A DNA stretch of 64,000 nucleotides from Heterodontus francisci (GCF_036365525.1 NC_090411.1:22707259-22771258), one strand, 5' to 3'; positions 36,501 through 49,352 are shown, counted from the stretch's first letter. Program-made: numbers and translations. The notes: generated by a model from the letters alone, not told the origin.

Positions 36501-37970
36501 ACCAATGTTATTTAGCACACTCTGAGCATACATGTATTGTAAACCTAATTTAGTACTTATTACATTCTCCTCTTACTCTGACCCAACCTAATACTTTACT
36601 ATTTCCTACTCTAGTACTATCTGTCTCTTACAATTCTTTGTGCACCTTGTTTTTCCTCTCTAATGTTGCCTCCTGGTTCCCACACCCCAGACAAGATAGT
36701 TTAAACACTCCCCAATAAAATTGCCCTGCAAGGACATTGGTCCTGGCCTGTACAGGTCCCATTGTCCCCAGAACCAGTCCCAATGTGCCATGAATCGAAA
36801 GCCCTCCCTCCTGCACCATCTCCGCTCACACATTCATCTGCTCTATCCTCCTATCTCTATACTCGCTAGCACGTGGCACCAGGATTAATTCAGAGATTAC
36901 TATCTTTGAGGTCCTGCTTGCTAGTTTCTTTCCTAACTCCCTAAACTCTGCTTGCAGGACCTCATCCCTCTGTCTGCCGATGTAATTATCACTGATATGG
37001 ACCATGAACACTGGCTGTTCACCCTTCCCCATCAGAGTGACATCCTTGATCCTGGCACCAGGGACGCAACATACCATCTTGGATTCACATCTGCAGCCGC
37101 AGATACACCCGTCTGTTCCCCTAAAAATCAAATCCCCTAGCACTATCACTTTTCCAATCTTCTTCCTACCTCCCTATACAGCTGGACCAGCCCTGGTGCC
37201 ATGGACTTGGCTCTGGCTGCACTCCCCAGAGGAACCATAACTCTAATCAGTATTCTGAACTGAATACCGGTTGGAGAGTGAGATGCACTCAGGGGGCTCC
37301 TGTACTACCAGCCTGGTCCTCCTTGACTACTTGGCAGGCACCCATTCCCTCTCTGCCCACATACCCTCAAACTGCAGGCTGACCACATCTATAAAAGTGC
37401 TATCCACAAAACTCTCAGCCTTGCAAATGTGCTGCCAGCTGCTGCCCAAGCTCTGAAACCTGGAGCTCGAGCTGCAGCAGCTGACGACACTTCTTGCATA
37501 TTTGGTTATCCAGGACATGAGAAGTGTCCTAGAGTTCCCACATAGAACAGGATGTGCACCCAACAGGACCGAGCTGCCCAGCTATACTTTTATTTATTCG
37601 ACTATTAAACTGAGTACTTATAAATAAAGACTCATAAGCTACTCATCAATCAGCTGTTTCTCCTGTGCTGACATCATTTTATTTTATAGGGAGATTAACT
37701 GAAATATTTTTATTTAACTGTTATTGTCTAAAAAGCTTAGATTTTAAATTACTGAAAAATTCAGACTTATTGAGTGTTACTATGCCTTGTTATTTAATTT
37801 CAGCTTTATTCCCTAGATCTGATTGATAAATTATCAAGTCGGCTTTAGTTTTTAGTTTTTGTACTAATTAATTGTTCTAGTCCTACTTTATAGTTCATTA
37901 ATTTAAATTAAATTAAAAGCTTACCAAAAAACTCACCCCACGTGATTTCTTGTCCTGTCTCATCACCGTG
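33530..37970 (-). mobile_element. Near full-length degenerate CR1 LINE (ORF1 zinc finger and SGNH esterase; ORF2 endonuclease and RT, internally deleted)
   Basis: ORF1 IVLGDLIFRGTD...MVCCVPGARIKDV (36826..37149); endonuclease AQSVLNNIGEL..DVMAITESWL (36252..36533); NYRPVSLTSVVG (34914..35192); C-terminus 33863..34329. Confidence 0.9.
34589..34762. mobile_element. Short fold-back Penelope-terminus element inserted in CR1
   Basis: Inverted arms ctcagcag.tctgg..catctgt.gag.gagaaacagagtta / taactttgtttctctctccacagatgctgccagacctgctgag; TCCATGCT duplicated at 34581 and 34763. Confidence 0.78.
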
Positions 37971-38269
37971 TTTTTTTATCACCTCTGCGGGATACAATTC
38001 ATTCTAGTCCTGTCTACTTTCGAGTGTGTTAGTTTAATATTTGGGATGTCTGGTTCGGCACTCACTGCCTGAGTTAAATGATCTGCTTCCATCTAACTTT
38101 CCACTCGTTTCAGGTGGTTGTCAAGTGGAGTCAATGATTGTGTCTGTCACTGAAATCTGCTTTGTGATCTCAACTATGTTATTAGGTGGAGTCCTTCTTG
38201 ATAGCCAGAATGTTCCACTGGTAACACAGTGTTGATATGGCAATTACGTACTGTGGTGGATTTGGAGGA

Positions 38270-38560
38270 AAAGGACAGTGCAGTGGGTTTGAGGGAGGGG
38301 GCGGCGCAGTAGGTTTGGAGATGGGGGGGTGGTGTCGTGGGTTTGGGGGAATGTGGTAGTACCATGGGATTGGGGATGGGGTGTAAAGTGGCTTCAGGGA
38401 ATGGGGCGGTGCAGTGAGTTTGGGTTGGCACAATGGGCTTCGGGAAGTGGGTGATGCAGCGGATTTGAGTTTGCTGGTGCAGTATGTTTGGGATGGTACA
38501 ATGGGTTTGGGGGACGGGGTGCAGTGCGTTTGGAGGATGGTGCAGTGGATTAGAGGGTTG
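38270..38560. repeat. Degenerate G-rich ~21-bp minisatellite
   Basis: gtgcagtgggtttggggg variants in tandem. Confidence 0.7.
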
Positions 38561-38580
38561 AGTTTATATAAAGAGTAACA

Positions 38581-38912
38581 GGGGTGGCACAGTGGTTAGC
38601 ACCACAGCCTCATACTTCCAGTGACCCAGGTTCAGTTCTGGGGACTGCCTGTGTGGAGTTTGCAAGTTCTCCCTGTGACCACGTGGGTTTCCGCCAGGTG
38701 CTCCAGTTTCCTCCCACAGCCAAGGACTTGCAGGTTGATAGGTAAATTGGCCAATATAAATTGCCCCTAGTGGTAGGAGAATTGAGGGAAGGTGGGGATG
38801 TGGTAGGGAATATGGGGCTAATGTAGGATTAGTATAAATGGGTGGTTGTTGGTTGGCACAGAAACGGTGGGCCGAAGGGCCTGTTTCAGTGCCATATCTC
38901 TCTATGACTCTA
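38581..38912 (+). mobile_element. V-SINE (HE1-like)
   Basis: Homologous to 8250-8577. Confidence 0.88.
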
Positions 38913-39049
38913 ACAGATACCTGAGAGTGAGTTACAGACTGGAATATAATAGATCCAGATGGTTTATATATAGAGTGGCCAAGAGAGTTAGTGGCTGGAA
39001 TCTAATTAGAAATGCTATGCTGACAACCCCTCCACTGTCATGCTCCTTG

Positions 39050-39695
39050 TTCAACATCCAATAGTGGATAAGCATAACTTACTACCAATTAAATATCGGG
39101 AAGATCAAAGGCAATGTCTTCAGACCCAGCCACAAACTCTGCTCCCTAGCCACTAACTCCATACCTCTCTCTAGCCACTGCCTAAGGCTGTTCATCCAAA
39201 ACTCATCTGCCTGTATCCTAACTCACACCAAGTCCTGATCACCCATCTCCCCTGTGCTTGCTGACCGACACTGGCTCCCAGTCCAGCAACACCTCCATTT
39301 TAAAATTCCCATCTTTAAGTTCAAATCCCTCCTTGGCCTCAACCCCTCCCTATCTCTAAAACCTCCTTCAGCCCTACAACCCTCCGAGATCTCTGCGATC
39401 CTCCAATTCTGGCTTCTTGCACATTCCTGATTTTCATCACTCCATCTTTGCCGGCTGTGCATTCAGCCACCTGGGCCCTCAGTTCTGGAATCCCTTCTAT
39501 AGTCCTCTCTGCCTCTTTACCTCCCCCTCCTCCTTCACGGCACTCTTTAAAACCCAACTCTTTCACCAAGATTTCAGTCCTCTGTCCTGATATCTCCTTA
39601 TGTGGCTTAATGTTAAATTTTGTTTAATAATGCTCGGGGACAGCACCTTGGGACATTTTACTCCATTAAAGGCGCTATATAAATGCAAGTTGTTG
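39050..39695 (+). mobile_element. L2 LINE 3' end
   Basis: tccaaaactc..gcctgtatcctaactcacacc, cactggctcccagt, tail ggcgctatataaatgcaagttgttgt. Confidence 0.82.
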
Positions 39696-39966
39696 TCTTA
39701 AAAGAGGTGAAAGAGTTGGAGAGAAAGAGGGAGGGAATTCCAGTGTGGGAGTTCAGATAGATGATGAAGATACTTTGCCTGTTGCGATCAGTCACACCCC
39801 CACTTTCTAAGTTGCAATGCAAACTGATGACCTCACACATTCTTGCATAAGGATTCACATGAGTATTCCAACTCAAACTCTCCAGCAATCTAGGATATAG
39901 GTGAGGTGTTGTTGCCGAGATGTTGTTGTTACAGGAATGGTTACCAGTCAATGTCAGCAAGGCACT

Positions 39967-40101
39967 AAAATAAAAGCAAAACACTGCGGATGCTGGAAAT
40001 CTGAAGTAAAAACAGAAAGTGAAATACTCTGCAGGTCTGACAACATCTGTGGAGAGGGATGCAGAGCTGACGTTTCAGGTCGGTGACCATTCATCAGAAA
40101 T
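39967..40101 (-). mobile_element. Penelope terminal fragment with hammerhead core at 40065-40101
   Basis: Minus strand: ATTT CTGATGA ATGGTC-ACC-GACCT GAAA CG TC AGCT followed by the terminus seen at 23432-23492; stem I imperfect. Confidence 0.72.
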
Positions 40102-40762
40102 GGACTGTTGAGTTGAGGAGCAGATCGGCTGCCTCAGGTTCTACTGCTGAAACGAGCATTCACTGAAGCCTGGACTATCGCTCAAGACTCTTGAGTGAGT
40201 CAAAGATCTAAACTATATCCATCAAAGTGCAGTATCTAAAGGCAAACTGGAAAACCCACTTCATGTACTGAGTTTTTAACCCACTTGAACAGACTGGCTA
40301 TTGGTCCTTAGATAATGACAGGCAGAAGACCTGCATGGATTAATGTTACGTAGAGGACAAGAGTGGCAGGGAGAATACCCAGGAGCCGTATATCTGATTT
40401 GGTATAGCCTGAACACTCCACCAAGCCCAACCCTTCAAATCGAGGCCTTGGATCATTGGAGTAGAAAAAGGCCATTCAGCCCCGAGTATGAGCTGTCATG
40501 AGCTGAATGTGAACTCTGTTTAGCCGTCTTGGTCCCACATCTTTTACCCGAGAAAAACCTATCAATCTCAGTTTTGAAATTTTCACTTTGATCCAGTCTC
40601 AACAGCTTTCTTTTTGGGTGGAGGGGGAAAGGGGATGAGAGAGTTCCAGATCGGGAGTAGCCTTTACATGCTTTGTGTGCTCACCCCTGAATGATCTAGC
40701 TCTAGTTTTAAGGTTACGCCTCCTTGTTCTGGACTCCCCCCATCGGAGGAGATAGATTCTTT

Positions 40763-41500
40763 GGGAGGAGTTTTCCCCACCTGGGGGTGGAAACAGTAGA
40801 GGCGGGAGGGGGGCAGGGGGTTGGGAACACAGCAGGGAGCAGCGTTGGGATGGCTCCCCAACGCATTCCCACCGGCGGGGATGTTTTTCGAGGGGGTGGG
40901 CCGGAATACTGAGCGGCTGAACTCTGAAATGCGGTGAGCTGCCAATCTGCATATTTGGGGCCTCAGTTAGGGGCCACTTAGAGCACTCACTGATATTTTG
41001 CCAGGGCACAGTGGCCCCCACCTCCCCACCGTTGCCTGCGGATGCCACCAGCTTAATAGAGGTGGCCTCCTTGCAATAGTCCGGGATGCCATCAGCACTA
41101 GAAGTTCCATTCCCCCAAAGGGGGGTAGCCAGCAGCAAAGGCCACACCCCCAGCCCAAACGCTCCCACCGATCAAAGGTGCCTGCTTGACCCCACTAAAG
41201 AAATGTATTAATTTTCACCCCTCTGGGGACGCCTCCAATCTGAGACACCCTTGCGTTCTCCTACCTGATTCAGCGGCACCATCTCTCTCTCTCTCGGTGG
41301 GGCTGCCAAGGATCAAGAGCTGTCTGCCCTGCAATTGGGCTGGCACCATTGTGAGCCTTACGACGACGAGCTCGGAGGCAGCTAATTAGGAGGCTGCCTC
41401 CGGGAAAATAACTCCCCAGGTCTAGCTCCTGACAAGCGGGGGCTCGGGACCCTCATTTGGTCCCACACCGGGGTACGAAGCCTGCAGAAAAATCCTAGCC
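40763..41500. mobile_element. GC-rich MITE (divergent subfamily) inserted in a CR1 fragment
   Basis: GGGAGGAGTTTTC ... GAAAAATCCTAGCC; TTT on both sides; CR1 sequence continues across it. Confidence 0.65.
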
Positions 41501-42042
41501 TTTATATTTTCCCTATCAAATCCTTTAATCCAAATACCTCAATCACAGCACCCCTTAATCTTCAATACTCTAGCGAATACAAGCCTAGTCTATGCAACCA
41601 GACTTAATAATTTAACCTATTTAGCACCTGTATGATTCCGATGAATCTGCACTGCAACCCCACCCCACCGAAGCCAATATATCCTTCCTGAGGTGTGATG
41701 CCCAGAACAGATGCCGTCTAACCTGAGCTTTATACAACGACAATGTAACTTCCACCCCTTTGTATTCCAGCTGCCTTGAGACATTATTGCTTTCATCAGA
41801 GCAGATGGTAGCAGACTTTGGTGTGAACAAATACAAAGACAAACCTGGCAGCAAGGATGCACAGACACCAGTTACTAGCACTTAAAACCCAAGGTTTTTA
41901 GCAGAAAAATAGTCGCTGCAAACTGAACTAAACATGACAGAGTGATGCCTTGACAGGTGTGTTAGTTTCAAGAGCAGAGAGGCATTTAAACCAGTTCGCA
42001 AAAAATGTCACCGGAACATGGAAGAAGCCGATCTACATCATT

Positions 42043-42796
42043 GGGCTGGATTTTGTGCTGGGTCTCCCGGCGCTGGACTGAAAAAGCCTCTGCCTTCCCC
42101 TCCACCCACTCCACCTCCACCGCACCCCCCCCCCCCTCCCCCACTCACAACCGCCCCCACCCCTGCACTCTGGCAAGATCCTCCGGTCATTGTTTGCCAA
42201 AGTTTTAAGAGGCGGGATCCTGTCCCTTAGAGGTTCCTGCCTCTAAGAGCTGCCGGCCAATCAGAGGTCCACTGGGAGAAAAGGCCACTGCCGGTTTAGC
42301 AGAGGCCTCAGACCCAGGACCAGCACTGGAATCCCAGACCAGAGGTAGGTGAGGCAGGGTCACCAGGGCCAATCCAGAAGGCCCCGGAGACAGGGGGGTG
42401 GGGGGTGGGGAATGGTCTTGCGGTCCAGGGGGAGGGTGATCCCAGGGGCTGAATTGGTTCCCAGTGACAGTCATCCATGGGCCACAGGTGCCCAAGCCCG
42501 CAGCGAGGGCGTTTCATTTTACAAGACGTCATCCCCACCTGGTGGAGGCCTCCCCTCCCCCTCTCCTGCTGGCAAGATCCCAGTGGCAGTGGGAAGAGGC
42601 CCTTAATTGGCCTCCTGGTAAGAAGACTGTTGTTGGCAAATCCCGCCCCGGGACGATTGCTGGGCAACAGGGAGGCAACAGGCCCTCTGTCTCACCACCC
42701 ATCATGAATCTCTGTGCCATTCCCACCCGACCCACCCCCACCCCCCCCACCCACAGCCTCCAATCCTGTCTCGGGGAGGCCCGTAAAATCCCAGCC
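42043..42796. mobile_element. GC-rich MITE, PIF/Harbinger-like
   Basis: GGGCTGGATTTTG ... TAAAATCCCAGCC; ATT duplicated; homologous to 2746-3547. Confidence 0.82.
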
Positions 42797-43534
42797 ATTG
42801 TTTCAGGTTCCAGATTACAGCAACTTCCACCAAAAAAGAAATTCAAACTCAACTGCGTTGAGGGGAACTCAAAACTTGCCAGAATTTTTTCTGCCCAAGA
42901 TTATCACAGATCTGGATCTGAATGTGGCTTGGCACAAGCAAGACTTTATACACATGTATGTTCCATCAAACTGGCTGCTGAAAGCCATCAAAGATTTGGA
43001 GGATTTGTGTTGGAAGAAGAAGCCAAGGAGAAGGAACCCTAGAAACTAGCTGTGTCCCAATGGATGAGGCAACACGGTGAGTCAACACAGGGCCAAGTCA
43101 ACCTTCTCTGTGAACTTCTGCATATATGACATGGGCAACCAGATTTCCAGGAAGAGGAGCCTATAATCTTTGGAGGCTTTGGGATGCTCTCTCAATGCTT
43201 CAGTGAGTTTCTCCAGCGAGTTCAATACTTCCGTTGCCTCTGGACGAAGGATGCTGCATATGCAGCCAATGGAATACCTACGTGAATTTTTCAATTGCTT
43301 GGCTTTGGAAACTGGATTCCACTGAGGCAGTTTTAACCCCCTTTGTCCGACAGGTGTTTGGGCAGTTTAAATCACCCTGATTACTTACCCACCAGAAAAC
43401 GACCAGTCCAAATATTAACCTGCTCGAATTGAACAGGCAAGAAGCATGTGGGGTCCTTCTTTACATATGAACGTCAGGTCCCGATGACATCACCGGACTA
43501 CCCAACCACCAAAAACAGCCAGCAATTAAGATCA

Positions 43535-44310
43535 AGCTTCAATCTAGATAAGTGTGAGGTGATACATTTTGGTCGGAAGAATAATGAGACCACATCCTCC
43601 TTGGAAAATAACCATCTAAACAGGATAGAAGAGCAGAGGAATCTCAGGTTGCAAATAGACGAATCACTAAAATTAGCGATGCAGGTTAATAGGGTCATGA
43701 AAAGAAACAATCGGACAAAGCACTGGGGTTTATTTTTAGAGCGACAGAATTGAGAAGCACTGAAGTTATATTAAACTTGTACAGAACTTTGTTTAGACCA
43801 CACTTGCAATATTGAGAACAATACTGGTCTTCATATTATAGAAAGGATGTAGAGGCACTGGAGAAGGTGAAAAAAATGATTTTCTAGTTTGGTACCAGAA
43901 CTGATGGGTGATCTGACAGATGTCTCTAAGATTTTCAAAGGGTAACTGTAAAGTAGATGTTTCCCCTTGCGAGGGAGACCAGAACTAGGGGCATAAAGAT
44001 AGTCACTAATAAATCCAATAAGGAATTCAGGAGAAATTTCTTTACCCAGAGAGTGGTTAGAATGTGGAACTCGCTACCACAGGGAGTAGTTGAGGCAAAT
44101 AGCATAGATGTGTTTAAGGTTTAAGACTTGCATTTATATAGCACCTTTCATGACTGCAGGATGTCCCATGAAGCTAGATAAGTACATGAGGGAGAAAGAA
44201 ATAGAAGGACATGTTGATGGGGTTATATGAATAAGGATATGCAAAGGCCCGTGTGCAGCATAAGCACTGGCATTGACTGTTGGGCCGAATGGCCTGTTGC
44301 TGTGCTGGAA
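43535..44310 (+). mobile_element. CR1 3' fragment
   Basis: FNLDKCEVIHFGRKN in ORF 43448..43753; typical CR1 3' UTR. Confidence 0.82.
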
Positions 44311-45282
44311 ATACTATGTCACACATGTCAGAAACCTGAGTGGCAAAATTAATCCAATTATATCCCAATACTGTTACAATAAAAACCATGTGCAGCTCAT
44401 CTTCTCCTCCCCTAGTGCCAAAAGGTAGTGGCCCATTAACAGTGCACAAGGTGGAATTTTCCCAATGGCTCAGCTGATTCGAGCTGTGTACTAACTGAGG
44501 CAGGTGGGCCAGGATTCTCCCTGGTTTAGTTCCCTGTCTCTGGTCAGCTGGCCAATCTCAATGGAGATGGCAGTAGAGTTGTTACAATTGACCTCACCAA
44601 CCCTGGGTGAGGGAGCAACAAACCAGCCAAGACTCCTTTTGAATACAATCCAGCAACATGTGAATAAGTGCACCCATTTGCGTGTGTGAATTGACACTGG
44701 TGGCGGGGTAGGGTGTGTAAAATCAGTTCTCTGCTGGCTGAGGACAGGACAGGATCTGGTTGTGGTGCTTCCACAGTTGAATAGCCTGTTGACACTCCCA
44801 CGGGAAGAATGGCCGGTTGCCCAAGGAACCATACATGAAGAAGGAGTCAACACCTTAAGGACAGTTAACGGGGAGCATAATTCATCGAGGAGAATCTCAT
44901 TACCGAGTGTATCCCTGCAGCAACTCCCAGTCCTGGAACCCTTTGATGTAGCTGCTTCAGAATTGAACAGTACAGAATTAAACCTCCCCAATTTAATTCT
45001 CTCCAAGCAATTCTATTTTTAATCATGTTACAACAAACCCATCACTATTTTAATCAACGTACCTTCTTTGCTTCCAGGCTACTATTGCCAAGAGTGATTA
45101 CTGCGTTCAATTATTAAATGCGTTATTGTGACTGATTTTTATTTTAATATAAAAATGTTGAATGTTCTCTGTGCAAACCATGCTTTACTTTGTGCTTTAC
45201 ACAATAAGCAATGTATCTGCAGCTTTTCAGTTAACCCCAGCATGAAATAGAGTCCATGAGTGGAATAATAATCTAGGGGATT

Positions 45283-45600
45283 TGGTGGCATAGCAGTTAT
45301 GTTACTATATTAGTAATCTTGAGGCCTGGACTAATGATCCAAGGGACATAATTTCAAATCCCACCATGGCAGCAGGGGATTTTAAATTCAGTTAATTAAA
45401 TAAAATCTGGTATAAAAAATTTGCATCAGTAATGGTGACCAGCTAACTACTGGATTGCCATAAAAACCCATCTGGTTCACTAATGTCCTTTAGGGAAGGG
45501 AATCTACTGTCCTAACCTAGTCTGGCCAATATGTAACTCCAGACCCACAGCAATACCCCCCGATATGGCCTACAAGTCACTCACCACCACCTTCTGAATG
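45283..45600 (+). mobile_element. SINE family C copy with tRNA-like head
   Basis: ggtggcatagcagttatgttactatattagtaatc...ttcaaatcccaccatggcag; core as 12310-12600. Confidence 0.75.
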
Positions 45601-45845
45601 AAATACATTGCAAGTGATTTTTCTGATGAAAAATCTATTTTCATCATAGAATGATCAGGTTGTAAATTATGATGTGATCCTTATTTTAATCTTGATGTGA
45701 TGTCGTGTAGACAGATAACCAATAATCCAGCCTAGTCCAGATATACTGACAGCTAATTTAATACGACGGGAAGCTCGACAAGTGGCCAGGACTTTGGGCA
45801 TTACTGGACGTTTGAGGTCAGCTTTTGAGTTGGTCAGAAAAGGAA

Positions 45846-46210
45846 AGACTTGCATTCATATAGCACCTTTCATGACTGCAGGATGTCCCACATTGTTGTA
45901 AATATGGCAGCCAATTTGCATACAGCAAGGGCCCACAATCAGCAATGTGATAATGACAAGAGCGTCTCTTCTTGTGAAGCTGGTTGAGGGATAAACATTG
46001 GCCAGGACACCAGGGTGGGTCTTCGAAATGGGATCTTTTACGTCCACCTTGAGAGGGTAAACAGGGCCTTGGCTTAACATCTCATTCTGAGAGACAGCAC
46101 CTCCGTCAGTGTCGTGCTGCATGGGAGCATCAGCCTAGATTATGTGCTCAAGCATGGGACTTAAACCCACAACCTGCTAACTTAAAGACACTACCAACTG
46201 AGCCACAGCA
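45846..46210 (-). mobile_element. DeuSINE (SacSINE1-like)
   Basis: Reverse complement of head, Deu domain and tail of 1928-2345. Confidence 0.8.
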
Positions 46211-46250
46211 GACACCTTGGAGAGTTTGTGAGGATACATATTATCGTCTG

Positions 46251-47669
46251 TTGATGGATGGAGCATTTCTGACGTCCTGACGTCCTGTCCCATGATGTTC
46301 GTTTTCTTGAGGCTGATGGTTAGGCCAAATTCATTGCAGGCAGCTGCAAACCTGTCGATGAGACTATGCAGACACTCTTCAGTGTGGGATGTTAATGCAG
46401 CATCGTCAGCAAAGAGGAGTTCCCTGATGAGGACTTTCCGTACTTTGGTCTTCGCTCTTAGGCGGGCAAGGTTGAACAACCTGCCACCTGATCTTGTGTG
46501 GAGGAAAATTCCTTCTTCTGAAGACTTGAACACGTGTGAGAACAGCAGGGAGAAGAAAATCCCAAACAGTGTAGGTGCGAGAACACAGCCCTGTTTCACG
46601 CCACTCAGGATTGGAAAGGGGTCTGATGAGGCGCCGCTATGCTGAATTGTGCCTTTCATATTGTCATGGAATGAGGTGATGATACTTAGTAGCTTTGGTG
46701 GACATCCAATCTTTTCTAGTAGTCTGAAGAGACCACGCCTGCTGACAAGGTCAAAGGCTTTGGTGAGATCAATGAAAGCAACATAGAGGGGCATCTGTCA
46801 GAAATGCTCCATCCATCAATATCGGCGACCACGCTCTGGAAGTGGTTCAAGAGTTCACCTACCTAGGCTCAACTATCACCATTAACCTGTCTCTCGATGC
46901 AGAAATCAACAAGCGCATGGGAAAGGTTTCCACTTCTATGTCCAGACTGGCCAAGAGAGTGTAGGAAAATGGCGCACTGACACGGAACACAAAAGTCCGA
47001 GTGTATCAAGCCTGTGTCCTCAGTACCTTGCTCTACGGCAGCGAGGCCTGGACATCGTATGTCAGCCAAGAGCAACGTCTCAATTCATTCCATCTTCGCT
47101 GCCTCCGGAGAATCCTTGGCATCAGGTGGCAGGACCGCATCTCCAACACAGAAGTCCTCGAGGCGGCCAACATCCCCAGCTTATACACACTACTGAGTCA
47201 GCGGCGCTTGAGATGGCTTGGCCATGTGAGCCGCATGGAAGATGGCAGGATCCCCAAGGACACATTGTACAGTGAGCTCGCCACTGGTATCAGACCCACC
47301 GGCCGTCCATGTCTCCGCTTTAAAGACGTCTGCAAACGTGACATGAAGTCCTGTAACATTGATCACAAGTCGTGGGAGTCAGTTGCCAGCGATCGCCAGA
47401 GCTGGCGGGCAGCCATAAAGGCGGGGCTAAAGTGTGCCGAGTCGAAGAGACTTAGCAGTTGGTAGGAAAAAAGACAGAAGCGCAAGGAGAGAGCCAACTG
47501 TGTAACAGCCCCGACAACCAATTTTTTCTGCAGCACCTGTGGAAGAGTCTGTCACTCTAGTATTGGCCTTTATAGCCACTCCAGGCGCTGCTCCACAAAC
47601 CACTGACCACCTCCAGGCGCTTACCCATAGTCTCCCGAGACAAGGAGGCCAAAGAAGAAGAAGAAGAAG
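46251..47669 (+). mobile_element. RTE-clade LINE with 5' inversion (46251-~46798 inverted)
   Basis: Minus ORF 46177..46794 (FIDLTKAFD, GVKQGCVLAP, LLFADDAAL); plus ORF 47001..47465; (GAA)n tail; TSD ATATTATCGTCTG/ATATTATAGTCTG. Confidence 0.93.
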
Positions 47670-49209
47670 ATATTATAGTCTGCATACATAACCTGGCAAC
47701 TACCCTCCGAGTCACAGGCAAAAAAGTTGGTCAGGCTAAACTGTGATAGATACAAATGGCTGGGGAGGATGGCGATTTCTGAATGCTGTGAGAAGGATCT
47801 TCATTGAAATGACAATAGGCAGGCCCATCTCCACACCCAATGCACCTCACCATGTAACCACTCAACACAACCACACATTCTCATTCATCAACAATCCTAA
47901 ACTTGCAACCGCCTGGGCCAAACCATCTGGCAATTAGGAAGAGGACAAGTGCTGGAGAGCTGCACGACAGCGTGGGGGTGAAATTTAGCTTCAGCAGAGC
48001 TGCAAAACAGAAGGTGGCAGAATGGCTGCACATTATACATGCCACCCGATGTTCCTTTCTGCTGATCAGTTCAGAGGGAGCATTACGTTACCTCCAACTT
48101 AGGCTGGACCTGTCCTGAGAGTGCTTGGTGGGGCAGGGAAGAAGGTGCTTTGCTCTTGCAACTAACCACTATAATATTTGACCTGGAAGTGTTTGACTAT
48201 GAAAATTGTCCATTCCATATTACTGCCATATTCCCCATCCTCTTTGGCAGACACAAAACCAAAATAAAGGACATCTCCATCCCCAACAGCTTCCCTGTGT
48301 GCAGTCAGATGCTGAATCACAAAACCTAGCTTCCGTAGGTCACAGGTGGAGGGTCTTGGCGTAGAGCACAGGTGGAGGGTCTCGGTGCCTACACAGGTGA
48401 ATACAGGTAGGAGAGAAGTCACCTGCCCTGAATGTCTTCCTGTCCCAGCTGGAGCAAGATGCATGTTAGTCAAGTCTTCTTATGTCTTTGTAAAGAAGTC
48501 ATTTCATTTGATGGTGAACTAGTTCAGGGTGGTCTTCATGTAATTGCAGTTTGAATCCACGGGTGATATTTCACTCACTCGTATTTATAGTGCTGACCTC
48601 CTGTTAGACCTGGTGCTAATCTGCACATCTGGGTTGCATTCAGCTAACTCCCTCCCCCAATCACATGGATGTTCTGGCATCATTTGCCCTGTAAGCTGCC
48701 CATTCAATTCTCCATGAAGAGTCACAATCACAACATCAGAACGGCTTAGAAAGACGGCAGCCTTGCATTTCGAGTGCAGCTCTCAAAAGCATCATAAAGC
48801 ACTCACCATAGAATGAGTTACCTGAAAGTGCACTGACTGTTGCTATGTGGTCCAGGACAACAGCTAGAGTATACACTGCAAGATCCCACAAGTAACAGTG
48901 AAATAGGAGACTACGTGACCTGTTCTTTGGGGTGGTCAACCACTGCTTGAAATCTGCTGTCTGAATACCTGTGCTCCATTCCTGGAATATTTTATGCAAT
49001 CTAATTATGTAAGCACCTTTTTGAAAAACGAGGAAAAAATAATTATGGGATGACTCAGAGGCTTTTGAAAAAATGAAATTAAAGGTGGAATAATGTTGTG
49101 GCATCACACAATGTAATAAAATGCAGCAGATTCAGGAATTTATACAGAATGTTTGACAGCACAGGAAGAAGGCGGCCAATTAGCCCATTTATCCCACGCC
49201 TGCAGCCCT

Positions 49210-49352
49210 TTCATGGACTCTACCCACCCGTTTAATATCTTTCCCCAGCCTACATACATGCTACCCTATCATGGACTCACCCACCCGTTTAATATCCTTG
49301 CACAGCCCACATGCACTCTGCCCTATCATTGACTCTATCCACCCATTTAATC
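49210..49352. repeat. ~58-bp tandem repeat, about 2.5 copies
   Basis: catggactct.cccacccgtttaatatc recurs at ~49212, ~49270 and ~49327. Confidence 0.75.

Noticed and set aside
26419-43049. Many 100-190 aa GC-rich ORFs (26419, 26715, 40599, 42464 and others)
   Set aside because: They lie in MITEs; stop-poor composition explains them; frames are not conserved between homologous copies
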